Origin: Felis catus
Taxonomy: Eukaryota
Direction of reading: 5' to 3'
Assembly (NCBI RefSeq): GCF_018350175.1
Contig: NC_058368.1
Coordinates: 200,448,001-200,512,000 of the forward strand
Length of the DNA: 64,000 bases
In this document: in pieces, positions 62,015 to 64,000 of the stretch
Numbering within the stretch: position 1 is the stretch's first letter
Layout: every line of letters begins with the position of its first letter
Translations under genes and position numbers: made by a program
The notes under the pieces: generated by a model
What the model was told of the DNA's origin: nothing
The model's input: the letters and a program-made list of their open reading frames with translations, nothing else
Databases searched by the model: none

Positions 62015-64000
62015 GTATAATTATAGCTGATCATTAAAAAACCCATTTCTCAAAAATTGACAGAAGAACTAAACACAAAATTAGCCAGGACAAAGAAGAA
62101 CTCAAAAGACAAATTAGCCATAAGGTTTAATGGGCATTTACAGAACACTGCACCCCAAAACATCAGAATACATTTTTTTTTCAATTTCCCACAAAACTTA
62201 CGGCAAGATATATCATATCATGGGACATAAAATACACCTAACCAAATTCATAAGAATTGAACTCACTGTGTTCTCTGACCACATGGAATCAAACTTGAAA
62301 TCAATAATTGAAAGATAGTAAGACAATCTCCTAACACTTGGAATCTAAAATACACACTTGTAGAGAATCTTTGGGTCAGAGAGGAAGTCTTAAGGGAAAT
62401 AAAAAAAAAATACACTGAGTTTAAAGCAAATGAAAATTCATCAAACTTTGTGGGGGCACAGTTAAAGCAGAGCTGAGAGGGAAACTTATAGTATCAAATG
62501 CTTACATTACAAAAAAAGGAAAAGTTTCAAGTTATTATTATAACCTGCCTCAAGAGACTGGAAAACAAAGAGGAAAGTAAAATCAAAGCAGTCAGGAGGA
62601 GGGAAATTATACAGATAAGAGCAGAAATCAATGGAATTGAAAATAGAGAAAATAAATGAAGCAAAAAACTAATTCTCTGAAAGATCAATAACATTGATAA
62701 AACTGACAAAAGAGAAAGAGAAGACACAAATAATCAATATCATGTATGAAACAGGGGTTATCACTACAGATGGCACAGAGAGTAAAAGAAAAATAAGAAG
62801 AAAATACTATGAATAGCCCTACAAACACAAATTTGATAAATTAGAAGAAATGGGCCAGTTCCTCAACAAACACAAACTACCACAACTCAAGCTAGAAAGA
62901 TACATAATTTGAATAGTCCTACAACAAGTAAGTATCTCCAGGTCCAGTTAGTTCCACTGAAGAATTCTACCTAATGTTTAAAGAATTAAAACCAATTTTA
63001 TACAATCTTTCCCAGAAAGTAAGAGGAAAAGGGACACTTCCTAAATCATTTATAAGACCAGAATTTACTCTGGTATTCCAAGTTGAGACTAAAACAGTAT
63101 AAAAAAATACGGATTGATACCCCTCATGATTATAGGTGCAAAATCCTTAACAAAATGTTAGTAAATGAAACTCAGTAGTTTAGATGAGTGATTATATACT
63201 ATGACAAAGTGAACTTTATTCCAAAGATGCAAACTTGGCTCAGTATACAAAAGTCTATCAATACAATCATTTGACAATATTCAACATCAATTTATGATTA
63301 GAAAAAGGAAAAAAAAATCTTAGAAAAATATGAATAGAGAAGGATTTCCTCAAGTTGATTTTTAAAAGTTTCCAAAAGCTTATAGGTAACATTATTCTTA
63401 ATGGAGAAATATTGAATGTTTGGTCTCTAATAAAGGACAAGGCAAAGAAGTCTTTTACTACTCTTAATAAGTGTTGGAAGTTTTAGAAAGCAAAAAAAAA
63501 AAAAAAAAAAAAAACCAAAAAAAAAAAAAGGGAAATAAAAAGTATGCAGTTTGGAAAGGTAGAATGAAACTGTCTCAATTTACCAATGATACAAATTCTG
63601 GATAGAAAATCCTAAGGAATCTATAAAAAACACTCCTAGAACTAATAAGTGAATTCAGCAAGTTTGGGAGATACAAGTTAAATATATAAAAATTAACTAT
63701 TTGTCTTTATACTAGTAGTGAACACTGACAATAAAAATACATTATCATTTATAATCACTCAAAAAAAATGAAATATTTAGGTGTAAATCTAAGCAAGTTT
63801 ATGTAGGACTTGTATGCTAAAAACTGCAAAATGCTAAAGAAATAAATCAGATTTAGATAAATGGAGAGAGACTTATTGTATCCATGGATTGAGAGACAAC
63901 ATAATAAGAAGTCAGCTCTCACTAAACTGATCTATATACTTACTGCAATTGCCCTCAAAATCTCAGCAAACTTTTTTATAGACATAGTTAAGATTTTTCT
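62015..64000 (+). mobile_element. L1 ORF2 remnant (endonuclease C-terminus through RT region), frameshifted, runs off the window
   Basis: ORF 62130-62318 IYRTLHPKTSEYIFFSISHKTYGKIYHIMGHK...FSDH is the L1 endonuclease; later ccaggtccag...ttccactgaagaattctacc and aaaggacaaggcaaagaagtc are RT-region motifs. Confidence 0.95.

Noticed and set aside
1..64000. Same L1 ORF2 segment in inverted orientation at both window ends (1-167 minus, about 63770-63930 plus)
   Set aside because: The two copies are highly diverged independent L1 remnants, not terminal inverted repeats of a large element.

Overview
AT-rich mammalian genomic DNA from a felid (cat family), judged from about 26 tRNA-derived Can-SINEs that include young feline SINEC_Fc-type copies with intact target-site duplications (TSDs). 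No intact protein-coding gene is evident, so the window looks intergenic or deeply intronic. Most of the supplied ORFs come from SINEs, L1/L2 remnants or simple repeats. The main non-obvious feature is a GC-richer block at about 18.07-19.25 kb. On the minus strand it holds a decayed, intron-containing copy of three consecutive exons of DNAJC17 (a J-domain co-chaperone), with the HPD motif destroyed. Other notable items are a 3'-truncated U2 snRNA retro-pseudogene (21184-21261), an mRNA 3'-end-like segment lodged inside an old L1 ORF2 (40621-40920), two young SINEs sharing a triple TSD, nested and tail-inserted SINEs, a full-length MER45B-type hAT element, and several well-formed plus-strand splice signals that could mark an unannotated non-coding transcript. 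All family and gene assignments come from recalled consensus sequences, not database searches.
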